Positions 1 through 8,895 of a stretch of 32,000 bases of DNA are shown piece by piece. A model generated the notes under the pieces. It was not told the DNA's origin. It did not search any database and was given only the letters and a program-made list of their open reading frames with translations. Position 1 is the first letter of the stretch. Every line of letters begins with the position of its first letter. The stretch is from Crocosphaera subtropica ATCC 51142 (GTDB taxonomy: Bacteria > Cyanobacteriota > Cyanobacteriia > Cyanobacteriales > Microcystaceae). The DNA is taken from the NCBI RefSeq assembly GCF_000017845.1, contig NC_010546.1, positions 300,001 through 332,000 of the forward strand. Reading direction: 5' to 3'. Both the position numbers and the translations under genes were made by a program.

Positions 1-550
1 TCCGCATTAATTGTTCTTGTAAATTGCCTCTAGTTAAAGCATCTAATGCCCCGAAAGGTTCATCAAGTAACAATAATTTAGGGCGAATAGAGAGGGCGCG
101 AGCGATGGCTACCCGTTGCTTCATCCCTCCTGATAATTGTTTAGGTAATTTATCAACAGCATGGCGTAATCCCACTAAATCTATATGTTTTTCAATGATT
201 TCTTTTCGTTCTTTGGCTGGATAACCGGCCATAACTTCATCAACAGCCAAAGCAATATTTTGATAGACAGTTAACCAAGGTAAGAGGGAATAGTTTTGGA
301 AAATAACCATTTTGTCTGGCCCTGGTTTTTTCACTTTTTGCCCTTCTAAGGTAACAATTCCTTCCGTGGGTAAATCCAAACCTGCGATCATATTTAATAG
401 GGTAGATTTACCACAACCAGAGTGACCAATTAATGAGATAAATTCCCCTTTTTTAATCTCTAAATTGATTCCCTTTAAGGCAATATATTCGCCACCATCG
501 TTTAAAGGAAATACCTTATCAATATCATCAACTGCAACAAAAACACCCAT
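1..550 (-). CDS. cmpC: ABC transporter ATP-binding subunit, N-terminal part (CmpC/NrtC-like); truncated by the window edge
   Basis: Not in the supplied ORF track because it runs off the edge. My reverse-strand translation from the ATG at 550-548 reads MGVFVAVDDIDKVFPLNDGGEYIALKGINLEIKKGEFISLIGHSGCGKSTLLNMIAGL... It has Walker A (GHSGCGKST), the ABC signature (LSGGMKQRVAIARAL) and Walker B (LLLLDEPF). It lies directly downstream of the permease gene, as in cmpABCD/nrtABCD operons. Confidence 0.85.
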   Translation of the reverse strand, partial: MGVFVAVDDIDKVFPLNDGGEYIALKGINLEIKKGEFISLIGHSGCGKSTLLNMIAGLDLPTEGIVTLEGQKVKKPGPDKMVIFQNYSLLPWLTVYQNIALAVDEVMAGYPAKERKEIIEKHIDLVGLRHAVDKLPKQLSGGMKQRVAIARALSIRPKLLLLDEPFGALDALTRGNLQEQLMR

Positions 551-632
551 AATTTTTACCTCTTTTTTTAAAAAATTGGATTCAATATTATTCCTGTTGG
601 GTTGAGGTAACGAAACTCAACCTACTTATTAC

Positions 633-1475
633 TTATTCACCAGGAGCAATAACTTTTTGTAAGTAAGCAATTCCCCGATCAAGTAATAGTCCAACTGCCC
701 CGATATACACCACTGCCAAAATAATTTCACTGATGTAATTTTGTTGGTACGCATCCCAAATAAAGAAGCCAATACCTACAATTCCAGACATAACAATCTC
801 TGCTGCAATAATAGCTAACCAAGCTAACCCGATCGCAATTCTTAATCCTGTGAAAATGTAAGGTAAAGCAGAAGGAAGCAAAATCTTGAAAAAGAATTTT
901 TTGTTGGATAATTGTAAGACTTGCTGCACATTGATGTAATCTTGGGGAATTTGTTTTACTCCTTCAGTGGTATTAATTAAAATTGGCCACACTGCAGTAA
1001 TAAAGATAACAAAGATAGCGGCCGGTTGATTTTGTTGTAAGGCGACTAAAGCAATCGGAACCCAGGCTAAAGGTGCAACCATTCTTAAGAATTGAAATAA
1101 AGGATCTAAGGCTTTATTAATTAAGGGTTGTGTTCCCACTAAAATCCCCACACTAATTCCTATTAAAGCAGCTAAAGAATAACCTTGAGCAACCCTACCT
1201 AAACTCGCTAAAGTTTGCCAAAATAACCCTTTATCTAAACCACCCCGATCATAAAAAGGATACATTAATAAAATACGGGTTCGTTCATCAGTCCATAAGC
1301 TACTAGGAGGGGGTAATTTAATTAAACCAGTCATCGAAATCAATTGCCAAACTGCCAAAAAACCTAATACTCCAACGATAGGAGGCAATATTTCCCCTTT
1401 ATTTTTATCCCAAAAAGTTAGTAATGGGTTTTGATTTTTTACTCTGTTGGGACGCATTCTAGTAGTAGCTGTCAT
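633..1475 (-). CDS. cmpB: ABC transporter permease, NrtB/CmpB family
   Basis: 280-aa polytopic membrane protein located between the binding-protein gene and the ATPase gene on the same strand. The symbol depends on the CmpA call for the upstream gene. Confidence 0.8.
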   Translation of the reverse strand: MTATTRMRPNRVKNQNPLLTFWDKNKGEILPPIVGVLGFLAVWQLISMTGLIKLPPPSSLWTDERTRILLMYPFYDRGGLDKGLFWQTLASLGRVAQGYSLAALIGISVGILVGTQPLINKALDPLFQFLRMVAPLAWVPIALVALQQNQPAAIFVIFITAVWPILINTTEGVKQIPQDYINVQQVLQLSNKKFFFKILLPSALPYIFTGLRIAIGLAWLAIIAAEIVMSGIVGIGFFIWDAYQQNYISEIILAVVYIGAVGLLLDRGIAYLQKVIAPGE

Positions 1476-1514
1476 TTTTTTCTCCTTTGTTTAAACTAAT
1501 AATTTTTAACTGTT

Positions 1515-2876
1515 TTAAACTCGTTTGATAGTGAGACTATTTAAGTAAGCTTGTGGATTTTCGGGATCAAATGTAACTCCATCAAAGAAGGTTTCAACTC
1601 CCCTGGAGGTACTGGCAGGAATATCTGCTGTAAACCCTGCTTCTGTAGCAGCTTCTCTCCAAATATCCTCACGGTTAACTTTATCGATAATCTTTTGTGC
1701 AGTATCAAGATCGGATATTTGATCTTTATGGAAACCCCATCGTAATGTTTCAGTTAGGAACCAAAGATCGTGACTCTTATAAGGATAAGAAACGTTACCT
1801 TTGCCATCTTTCCAATACAACGGCCCCATATTTATGTCTTTAACTTCTGCTTTGCCATCACCCATTTTATAATTACCTTTATAGGGAGCATCTAAAATAT
1901 CAACGGGGACATTAAAGTAGTTTCTTCCTGCTAAAATTTTAACAGTGGCAGCCCGATTATTGTTCTGATCAATCCATTGTTGTGCCTCCATTAATCCCTT
2001 TAATAAGGCTTTTGTGGCTTTGGGATTTTTATCTACCCAGTCAGCACGAATAGCTAGGTATTCTTCAGGATGAAATTGCCAAATTTGTGAGGTTAAACCG
2101 GCCATATAACCAATATCTTCAGCAATGATACGATAAGGCCAAGGATCACCCGTACTAAATGCGTCCATTGTGCCGTTACGCATCCCTTGTACCGTCTCCG
2201 CAGGAGGAACAGCGAGTAAATCGATGTCAACGTCAGGATCGACCCCTCCGGCTGCGAACCAATACCGAATCCAGAAATCTTGGTTAACATTAGGGAAAGT
2301 ATGGGCGGCTTTGAACTTTCTTCCGTTGGTAGAAGCGAAATTTTTAATATAGTCCGCTGCTTGTGATATATCTAAAGAAACTCCTTTCCCTTCGTGCATC
2401 GGTGCAACAGCGATCCCATTGCCTTGGGTGTTCAACTGTGCTAGAACATACATAGGAACTTTGCGCCCGTTGGTAATGATTCCCTCGGTAATTAAGTGAG
2501 GCATGGGCATTTGCCACTGTCCCCCATCAATACCCCCACCTTGAGAACCAATGGTGACGTTATCCCTCGCAGAAGCCCAGTTTGCTTGCTTTGACAGTTC
2601 TACGTCTGTCATGCCATATTTAGCGAAAAATCCCTGTTCTTTGGCTACTACCAAGGCCGCAGCCTCTACAATGGGAATATACCCTAGTTTAATGGCAGTG
2701 GTTTCCGGTTGCATCTCCGGGCTGATATCCGCTACCCCTTGGGTGGTTGATGCATTAGTACCACCCGGTTCAGGAGGATTTCCTGCACATCCTTTGAGTA
2801 ATATTGCCCCAGCAGCAGATAAAGCGGAAGTACGTAGGAACTTACGACGGGTTACGGGAGAAAAATTAGACATCAA
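1515..2876 (-). CDS. cmpA: Periplasmic substrate-binding lipoprotein of the NrtA/CmpA family, probably bicarbonate-binding CmpA
   Basis: 453 aa. The N-terminus [21 protein letters not shown] is Tat/lipoprotein-like. The block [21 protein letters not shown] and the overall length match what I recall of CmpA rather than NrtA (GGIDGAH...). The CmpA-versus-NrtA choice is from memory, not a search. Confidence 0.8.
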   Translation of the reverse strand: MMSNFSPVTRRKFLRTSALSAAGAILLKGCAGNPPEPGGTNASTTQGVADISPEMQPETTAIKLGYIPIVEAAALVVAKEQGFFAKYGMTDVELSKQANWASARDNVTIGSQGGGIDGGQWQMPMPHLITEGIITNGRKVPMYVLAQLNTQGNGIAVAPMHEGKGVSLDISQAADYIKNFASTNGRKFKAAHTFPNVNQDFWIRYWFAAGGVDPDVDIDLLAVPPAETVQGMRNGTMDAFSTGDPWPYRIIAEDIGYMAGLTSQIWQFHPEEYLAIRADWVDKNPKATKALLKGLMEAQQWIDQNNNRAATVKILAGRNYFNVPVDILDAPYKGNYKMGDGKAEVKDINMGPLYWKDGKGNVSYPYKSHDLWFLTETLRWGFHKDQISDLDTAQKIIDKVNREDIWREAATEAGFTADIPASTSRGVETFFDGVTFDPENPQAYLNSLTIKRV

Positions 2877-3237
2877 AACCTCCTGCTGCCTATAGTTTCG
2901 ACAGAAAAAATAGTGATAAATAAAATTAATAAGAAAAACAAAAAGCTCTCATAAGCAAACGTTACAGCACTTTTATAATTTGTTTTTATCGCTGTTATTA
3001 CTTGAGCTTTTGAGTTAACTAATCGAGTCGCTTTGTTAACTTGATAAATCAGTTTAGCATCTTTGTTTTTAAAAAACTTATGTTTAAGCAAGTGAATGAT
3101 AAAAAATTTTTAATTTAGATGATAAGCATAGATTATTTATAATTTTAAAATACCATCTAATAGGTATTTATCTATATGCTTAGTATCGTTATCCCATCAT
3201 CATCAATATTCTGACCCCTGACTCGGAGACTCCCCAA

Positions 3238-3480
3238 CTAATTTTGGATTCTCTGTTGCTTCTCTACATACTCTTTAAACAGCCTAGGGTACATTATTAA
3301 GAAATAAACCCACCAAATCATCACCAAACTTGAAACAATAACTGTTATCCAAATAAGATTAAAAATAAACCAACTAGCAACACTGAACACTATTCCAGTT
3401 AATAAAATAGACCAAGGTTGACACCACCGAGGTTTGTAGTCCCAAATATTAGATGATTCTAAATTAGAAAAATCTGTCAT
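3238..3480 (-). CDS. Small integral membrane protein (two predicted TM helices), conserved hypothetical
   Basis: 80-aa ORF with two long hydrophobic stretches (ILLTGIVFSVASWFIFNLIWITVIVSSLVMIWWVYFLIM) and an ATG start. No catalytic motif. Confidence 0.55.
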   Translation of the reverse strand: MTDFSNLESSNIWDYKPRWCQPWSILLTGIVFSVASWFIFNLIWITVIVSSLVMIWWVYFLIMYPRLFKEYVEKQQRIQN

Positions 3481-3503
3481 GATAGGTTCCTCAATTATTA
3501 ATA

Positions 3504-3911
3504 TTAATTGCTAATTATTTTGGCTTCATTAATCCAAGTTTGTACTAGGTCAGGAGAAGGACATAAATCGTTCCGTTGTAATGTCGCAACTTGTAACTTA
3601 AGAATCTGTCGATGTAATGAACTAACGGAGGTTTCAGCTAACTGCTTCACTGATATAATTCCTGAGTGCAAAATCAACCCACAATAGTCACAGCCAACAC
3701 TAGGAACCCTAGCTAAATCAGCTAAAGCGACCCATTTACTAATTAATTGTAGTTGACATTTTAATCGATTGGCTAAATTTTGCTGATTGGTTTTAGTTTT
3801 AGTGATCTTGAGTAAATCTTGACTATTATTAATCCCTAACGACTTTAATTGTTCCTGGTGAGTTTGACTTAACCCTGGTAACTGTTCAATCTGCCAATAA
3901 GAAGATTTCAT
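3504..3911 (-). CDS. DUF4332-like protein
   Basis: Contains WQIEQLPGLSQTHQEQLKSLGI...KWVALADLARVPSVGCDYCGLILHSGI...LCPSPDLVQTWINEAK, typical of the cyanobacterial DUF4332 family as I recall it. I prefer the internal ATG at 3911 (MKSSYWQ) over the ORF-track start at 4001. Confidence 0.6.
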   Translation of the reverse strand: MKSSYWQIEQLPGLSQTHQEQLKSLGINNSQDLLKITKTKTNQQNLANRLKCQLQLISKWVALADLARVPSVGCDYCGLILHSGIISVKQLAETSVSSLHRQILKLQVATLQRNDLCPSPDLVQTWINEAKIISN

Positions 3912-4044
3912 ATAAATTTGATTTAAAATATAGCTATACCCACTTATCTTAATTAAAATTTCCAAATTGAAACCAGCGATCGCCTCTAAATTAGCTCCCA
4001 AACAAGGTAAGGTAAAAAGAGTGGGGTGATAAAACTAAACCATT

Positions 4045-6009
4045 ATGAACGCAACAAACGACATTATCATTATTGGCGGTGGAATTATTGGAATGGCGAT
4101 CGCAGTTGACTTAAAACTGCGGGGCGTATCGGTCACCGTTTGTAATCGTAGCTTCCCCCAAACCGCATCTATGGCTGCGGCCGGAATGTTAGCCCCCCAC
4201 GCTGAGGCATTACCCCCAGGTCCGTTACTGGACTTATGTTTAAAGTCTCGTTGGTTATATCCAGAATGGATACGAAAATTACAAGATATCACAGGATTAA
4301 ACCTTGGCTATAATCCTTGTGGTATTCTTGCCCCAGTCTATGATCTACCCACTGCTGATGTTCGCCACAATAACAAAGATCAGTGGTTGGATAAAACCGC
4401 TATTCGCCTTTACCAGCCAGGGTTAGGGGATGATGTGGTGGGAGGGTGGTGGTATCCTGAAGATGGCCAAGTGGATAACCGCCAAGTAATGCAAGCTTTA
4501 CGTCAAGCAGCCCAACAATTAGGGGTTACCGTTAGAGACGGTGTAACGGTTAAAACCCTACAGCAAAAACAGGGGAAAGTTACCAGTATTTTAACCAATC
4601 AAGGGGAATTAGAAGGCAACACCTACATTATTGCTAATGGTTCCTGGGCGAGTCAAATCCTACCCCTGCCCGTACGCCCGATGAAAGGGCAAATGTTAGC
4701 GGTGAAGATGCCTCATCCCCCCGATGAACCCTATCCCTTACAACGGGTTCTCTATGGACCCCAAACCTATTTAGTCCCCCGACAGAATGGACGTTTAATC
4801 ATCGGGGCTACTTCTGAGGATGTGGGTTGGACTCCCCATAACACCCCCCAAGGCATCGAAATGTTAATCAAACGGGCAACAAGATTGTATCCCGACGTGG
4901 CTAACTGGGAAATAGAGGAATTTTGGTGGGGCTATCGTCCAGGAACTCCAGATGAATTACCCCTATTGGGTCATTATGGTTGCAATAATTTAATTTTAGC
5001 CACTGGTCATTATCGTAACGGTATTTTACTAGCCCCAGTTACTGCATTTCTCATTGCAGACTTAGTCATTAATCAAAAAAGTGATCCCATATTAGACCAT
5101 TTTCAAGGCGATCGCTTCCACACTCAACCTTCTCCTCCTTCTGCCTCTATGACCCCATTTAACCATTATCCAGTTCCAAAAACCACGAACGGTCACAATG
5201 GAACCTCTAGCTTATCTCCAACCGATGAATTAGTGATCGCTGGCCGCAAGTTTCACTCACGGTTAATGACAGGAACCGGGAAATACCCCAGCATCCCTAT
5301 CATGCAGCAAAGTGTGGCCGCCAGTGAGTGTCAAATTGTCACCGTAGCGGTGAGACGAGTACAAACGAACGCCCCTGGCCACGAAGGGTTAGCTGAAGCT
5401 TTAGATTGGGGTAAGATTTGGATGTTACCCAACACCGCCGGCTGTAAAACTGCAGAAGAAGCTATCAGGGTGGCTAGGTTAGGGCGAGAAATGGCCAAAT
5501 TATTGGGACAAGAAGACAATAACTTTGTTAAGTTAGAAGTGATCCCCGATACAAAATACCTATTACCCGATCCCATCGGAACCCTAACAGCAGCCGAAAC
5601 ATTAGTTAAAGAAGGGTTTGCTGTTTTACCCTATATCAACGCTGATCCCATGTTAGCCAAACGGTTAGAAGAGGTAGGATGTGCAACAGTGATGCCGTTA
5701 GGATCGCCCATTGGTTCTGGCCAAGGGATTCGCACTCAAGCTAATATTGAGATTATTATCGAAGAAGCGCATATTCCTGTGGTGGTTGATGCTGGGATCG
5801 GAACCCCTAGTGAAGCCTCCCAAGCTATGGAAATGGGGGCCGATGCGGTGTTAATTAATAGTGCGATCGCTTTGGCTAAAAATCCTGTCTTGATGGCGAA
5901 AGCCATGGGAATGGCTACCGTTGCCGGAAGATTAGCCTATTTAAGTGGACGAATACCCATTAAAGATTATGCGATCGCTAGTTCTCCCCTAACGGGAACC
6001 GTTGTTTAA
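4045..6009 (+). CDS. thiG: Bifunctional glycine oxidase ThiO / thiazole synthase ThiG fusion
   Basis: 654 aa. N-terminal FAD Rossmann motif [14 protein letters not shown] with a DAO-type oxidase body. A low-complexity linker ([11 protein letters not shown]...) follows. The C-terminal ThiG-like TIM barrel has [40 protein letters not shown] and [11 protein letters not shown]. Confidence 0.88.
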   Translation: MNATNDIIIIGGGIIGMAIAVDLKLRGVSVTVCNRSFPQTASMAAAGMLAPHAEALPPGPLLDLCLKSRWLYPEWIRKLQDITGLNLGYNPCGILAPVYDLPTADVRHNNKDQWLDKTAIRLYQPGLGDDVVGGWWYPEDGQVDNRQVMQALRQAAQQLGVTVRDGVTVKTLQQKQGKVTSILTNQGELEGNTYIIANGSWASQILPLPVRPMKGQMLAVKMPHPPDEPYPLQRVLYGPQTYLVPRQNGRLIIGATSEDVGWTPHNTPQGIEMLIKRATRLYPDVANWEIEEFWWGYRPGTPDELPLLGHYGCNNLILATGHYRNGILLAPVTAFLIADLVINQKSDPILDHFQGDRFHTQPSPPSASMTPFNHYPVPKTTNGHNGTSSLSPTDELVIAGRKFHSRLMTGTGKYPSIPIMQQSVAASECQIVTVAVRRVQTNAPGHEGLAEALDWGKIWMLPNTAGCKTAEEAIRVARLGREMAKLLGQEDNNFVKLEVIPDTKYLLPDPIGTLTAAETLVKEGFAVLPYINADPMLAKRLEEVGCATVMPLGSPIGSGQGIRTQANIEIIIEEAHIPVVVDAGIGTPSEASQAMEMGADAVLINSAIALAKNPVLMAKAMGMATVAGRLAYLSGRIPIKDYAIASSPLTGTVV

Positions 6010-6082
6010 TTTTCCTTAAAGCTAAAGGTAAATAACACAATACGCAGTCCAATCAACCAATCATTGGACTGCCGCTTGCGAC

Positions 6083-6313
6083 TTAATCACGCCATTCTTC
6101 TTTACTCAATAAATCAATAATCGAATCTCTGAGAAGAAAATCATGTCTTTCTAGTTCGCATTCTACATTAGGCCATTCGCGGGCTGGAATATATTTGCAC
6201 AGAGTATAAATCGGTTGTCGTCGATGAAGTCTTCTTTCACGAACTAACCTAGCGGCCTCCCCTTTAATAACATCAATCGTGTATTGAGTAGGAGACTGAA
6301 TGACTTTAAGCAT
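6083..6313 (-). CDS. Small conserved cyanobacterial protein (DUF4327-like)
   Basis: 76 aa from the ATG at 6313 (MLKVIQSP...). The motif PIYTLCKYIPAREWPNVECELERHDFLLRD resembles the DUF4327 family as I remember it. The longer ORF-track start at 6349 is less likely. Confidence 0.5.
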   Translation of the reverse strand: MLKVIQSPTQYTIDVIKGEAARLVRERRLHRRQPIYTLCKYIPAREWPNVECELERHDFLLRDSIIDLLSKEEWRD

Positions 6314-6440
6314 AACGAACTTCCTCGCGGAGTTTGGTGGACATGACACAAATAATGACCCACTTCCTATTATCCGTTATAGAAGATACAGTCTCAACAA
6401 AAGAAAACAATTTTTAATGATAAAGGAAGAGATGCTATAA

Positions 6441-7076
6441 TTAGCTATTTTGCTTAACCATAGTTACAAAATTTGAAAGAATTTGTAATCCATTATCTGA
6501 TGATTTTTCAGGGTGAAATTGTACCGCCATCAGATTATCACGGGCGATCGCTGCTGTTACGGTTTGGCTACCATGAGTTACCACTGCAGCGTTCACGTTA
6601 GGATCAACCGGATCGACATAATAAGAATGGACAAAATAAACGTAAGGATCAGGGGTTAACCCTTGCCATAAGGATAGATTCGATTGAGTGAATTGTAACT
6701 GATTCCAACCCATGTGAGGGATGGTTAAATTAGGTTCAGACTGAAAACGACGCACCTTTCCTTTTATAATGCCTAAACCGGGTTCTTTGCCTTCTTCTGA
6801 CCCCTCGAAGAGAATTTGCAGGCCCAAACAAATACCTAAAAATGGCTTACCTGCTGCGATCGCTTGTTTAATCGGTTCCTCTAAATGACGCGATCGCAAA
6901 TGTTGCACCGCCGGATCGAACGATCCTACCCCCGGCAAAACGATCGCCTCTGCTTCTGCAATATCTTGGGGAGAATCCGTAATTTTTGGCTGAATTCCTG
7001 CTTTTTCTAACCCTTTACACGCAGAGTGCAGATTGCCCATGTCATAGTCAATAACAGCCAGGAAACCCATAAACAT
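6441..7076 (-). CDS. hisH: Imidazole glycerol phosphate synthase, glutamine amidotransferase subunit HisH
   Basis: 211 aa class-I amidotransferase with VIDYDMGNLHS, LPGVGSF, GICLGLQIL (catalytic Cys) and AVQFHPEKS (His/Glu). Confidence 0.92.
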   Translation of the reverse strand: MFMGFLAVIDYDMGNLHSACKGLEKAGIQPKITDSPQDIAEAEAIVLPGVGSFDPAVQHLRSRHLEEPIKQAIAAGKPFLGICLGLQILFEGSEEGKEPGLGIIKGKVRRFQSEPNLTIPHMGWNQLQFTQSNLSLWQGLTPDPYVYFVHSYYVDPVDPNVNAAVVTHGSQTVTAAIARDNLMAVQFHPEKSSDNGLQILSNFVTMVKQNS

Positions 7077-7133
7077 TCCTTGTGGTTAATATTTTCTATT
7101 TATTATAATAATTGATTTTTTGTTAACTACAAA

Positions 7134-8321
7134 TTAATTTATTCCAAAAGAATTTTCTAAGGCTTCTAAAACCACATCCGTGACTATTTTAGTCCGATAA
7201 CGACAAGCTTGGGTTTCGGTTGAATTAAAACTATCATTTTCCCAATATTTATTACTTCCTGCCCCTCCTCCACAGACTCCAAAATAATCACAACTTTGAC
7301 GACAACTATTAACTCCTTCTAACATATCCTTATAAATTTGTTTGAATTTTTTACTATCACAAACCGATTCTAAACTATCGGTTAAAACATTTCCTAAAAT
7401 AAAGTTACCGTAAGGTTTAATATCAACTGATAATAATTCAGGATCAAAGGTGGAAAAATTACCTAAATAATCAATATTTAAAATAGCAAAAGGATGATTC
7501 ATATCTGTTTTTGATAATCTTTGGTTATCACAAATTAAACCACAAATTGCCTCAAATTCTCGTACTTTAAACTGATCGTTAGTTTGGCTAGTTAATTCCC
7601 AGAATTGCTTAATAAACTGATAATATTTTTTTTCTGTTCCAACTTTATCTAAAGAAGATGTTTCATTAATTCCTTCTATTTCTTCCATATTAAAAGCGAC
7701 ATCAGTAATGCCATTTTCCCAGAAGAAGTTAAACATTTCATCGGCATAATCTAGAGATTCTTGGGTAATAACAGCAATAATATTAAAATAAATGTCATTT
7801 TCTTGTAAATAACGAATTCCTCTCATTACACTTTCATGGGTTCCTAAACCTGTGGGTGTTTTACGATGAGTATTATGTAAAAAATCAGGGCCATCAATAC
7901 TGACTCCTACACAAATATTATTTTCTTTAAAAAAATCACACCAAGCTTGATTAATTAAAATCCCATTCGTTTGAATTGAATGATAAATAGGAACTTGTTT
8001 AATATTGTATTTTTGATTAGCGATGTCAATTCTTTTAAAGACTTCTTGATAATAAGAAATTGGCACAGCTAACGGTTCTCCTGCGTGCCAACAAATATCA
8101 ATAAATTCTCCTACAAAGGGACTGGTAAAAATAGCTTTAAAAATGGGTTCAATTAAATCAAGAGATAATTTTTCTTTTAAATTGCGATTCGGTAAATAAC
8201 AATAATCACAATCAAGATTACAAAACGGAGTCGGTTGAATAACCACTAAATTAATCGGACCAAACGATGAAACATCAATAGACCCGTTTTCATTGCTATT
8301 GATAGATAAATGTGTTGTCAT
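7134..8321 (-). CDS. grrM: Radical SAM/SPASM peptide maturase, GRRM-system / cyclophane-forming GrrM(OscB)-like
   Basis: 395 aa. CxxxCxxC motif CNLDCDYC at residues about 34-41. C-terminal Cys-rich SPASM region CRQSCDYFGVCGGGAGSNKY...TQACRY. Lies immediately downstream of two Gly-rich-repeat precursor ORFs on the same strand. Confidence 0.85.
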   Translation of the reverse strand: MTTHLSINSNENGSIDVSSFGPINLVVIQPTPFCNLDCDYCYLPNRNLKEKLSLDLIEPIFKAIFTSPFVGEFIDICWHAGEPLAVPISYYQEVFKRIDIANQKYNIKQVPIYHSIQTNGILINQAWCDFFKENNICVGVSIDGPDFLHNTHRKTPTGLGTHESVMRGIRYLQENDIYFNIIAVITQESLDYADEMFNFFWENGITDVAFNMEEIEGINETSSLDKVGTEKKYYQFIKQFWELTSQTNDQFKVREFEAICGLICDNQRLSKTDMNHPFAILNIDYLGNFSTFDPELLSVDIKPYGNFILGNVLTDSLESVCDSKKFKQIYKDMLEGVNSCRQSCDYFGVCGGGAGSNKYWENDSFNSTETQACRYRTKIVTDVVLEALENSFGIN

Positions 8322-8429
8322 TTTTCACCTTATATTTAATTCTAAAAAGTTACTAAAGACTGAATTAATATGTTTTTTCCTCTGCTTATCTCAACTCATA
8401 ATCTCTATGATTAATAAAAAACATTGATA

Positions 8430-8828
8430 TTACCACCGATTAATAAACCCACCATTTCGCCAAGGACTACGGTTATAAAACCCCCCCCTATCACCCCAAG
8501 GACGACCATTAACAAAACCCCCACCATTCCGCCAAGGGTTACGGTTAACAAACCCTCCACCGCCATGACGATTGGCAAAGCCACCTCGATATCCATTACC
8601 CCAACTGCCTCCTCGGCCATTACCCCAACCTAATCCGATTAAATCATTATTTGTCTCAGGTGCGATATCAATCCCTCTTTGTTGTATGGCTTCTGTTAAG
8701 CGAGATAGACGACTTTCTATAGTTAAGTTATTATCGGATAAAAGAGCCTGACTTTTTGCTATAGAAGCAGTCAAAGTAGACACCGCTAATAGAAATCCGA
8801 CACAAGTAATTTTTGTTGTAATCTGCAA
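8430..8828 (-). CDS. grrA: Gly-rich repeat RiPP precursor (GrrA/OscA-like), paralog 1
   Basis: 132 aa. Signal-peptide-like N-terminus, leader helix IESRLSRLTEAIQQRG, then the core GWGNGRGGSWGNGYRGGFANRHGGGGFVNRNPWRNGGGFVNGRPWGDRGGFYNRSPWRNGGFINRW. TTG start at 8828 preceded by AGGAG with an 8-nt spacer. The N-terminus is homologous to paralog 2. Confidence 0.8.
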   Translation of the reverse strand: MQITTKITCVGFLLAVSTLTASIAKSQALLSDNNLTIESRLSRLTEAIQQRGIDIAPETNNDLIGLGWGNGRGGSWGNGYRGGFANRHGGGGFVNRNPWRNGGGFVNGRPWGDRGGFYNRSPWRNGGFINRW

Positions 8829-8895
8829 AATAAATTCTCCTAAAACTCAATCATAAATTTTCAAATAACATCATAACAAATAACGCTTTCATCAA

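Noticed and set aside
24-224. 66-aa plus-strand ORF at the window start
   Set aside because: It is antisense to a clearly recognisable ABC ATPase (Walker A, signature and Walker B motifs) encoded on the minus strand.
2951-2966. Possible NtcA site (reverse strand TGTAACGTTTGCTTAT)
   Set aside because: Only one half-site matches GTA-N8-TAC; the second half is TTA. That is insufficient to call.
2873-3091. 72-aa minus-strand ORF upstream of cmpA
   Set aside because: It is AT-rich and low-complexity (Lys/Phe/Ile), lies in a promoter region and overlaps the cmpA start. It has no RBS or recognisable features.
4002-4044. Search for a TPP riboswitch upstream of thiO-thiG
   Set aside because: Only 43 nt separate the divergent genes, too short for a THI-box aptamer, and no conserved CUGAGA element was seen.
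4035-4292. 85-aa minus-strand ORF
   Set aside because: It is antisense to the FAD-binding N-terminus of ThiO, and the plus-strand reading has a clear Rossmann motif.
8411-8633. Two 69-aa ORFs (8411-8620 minus, 8424-8633 plus) rich in Pro/Thr/Ile or Gly/Val/Met
   Set aside because: They are alternative-frame or antisense readings of the Gly-codon repeat region of grrA paralog 1. Their low-complexity composition is a by-product of GGN/NCC repeats. The same applies to 8999-9283 (+) over grrA paralog 2.
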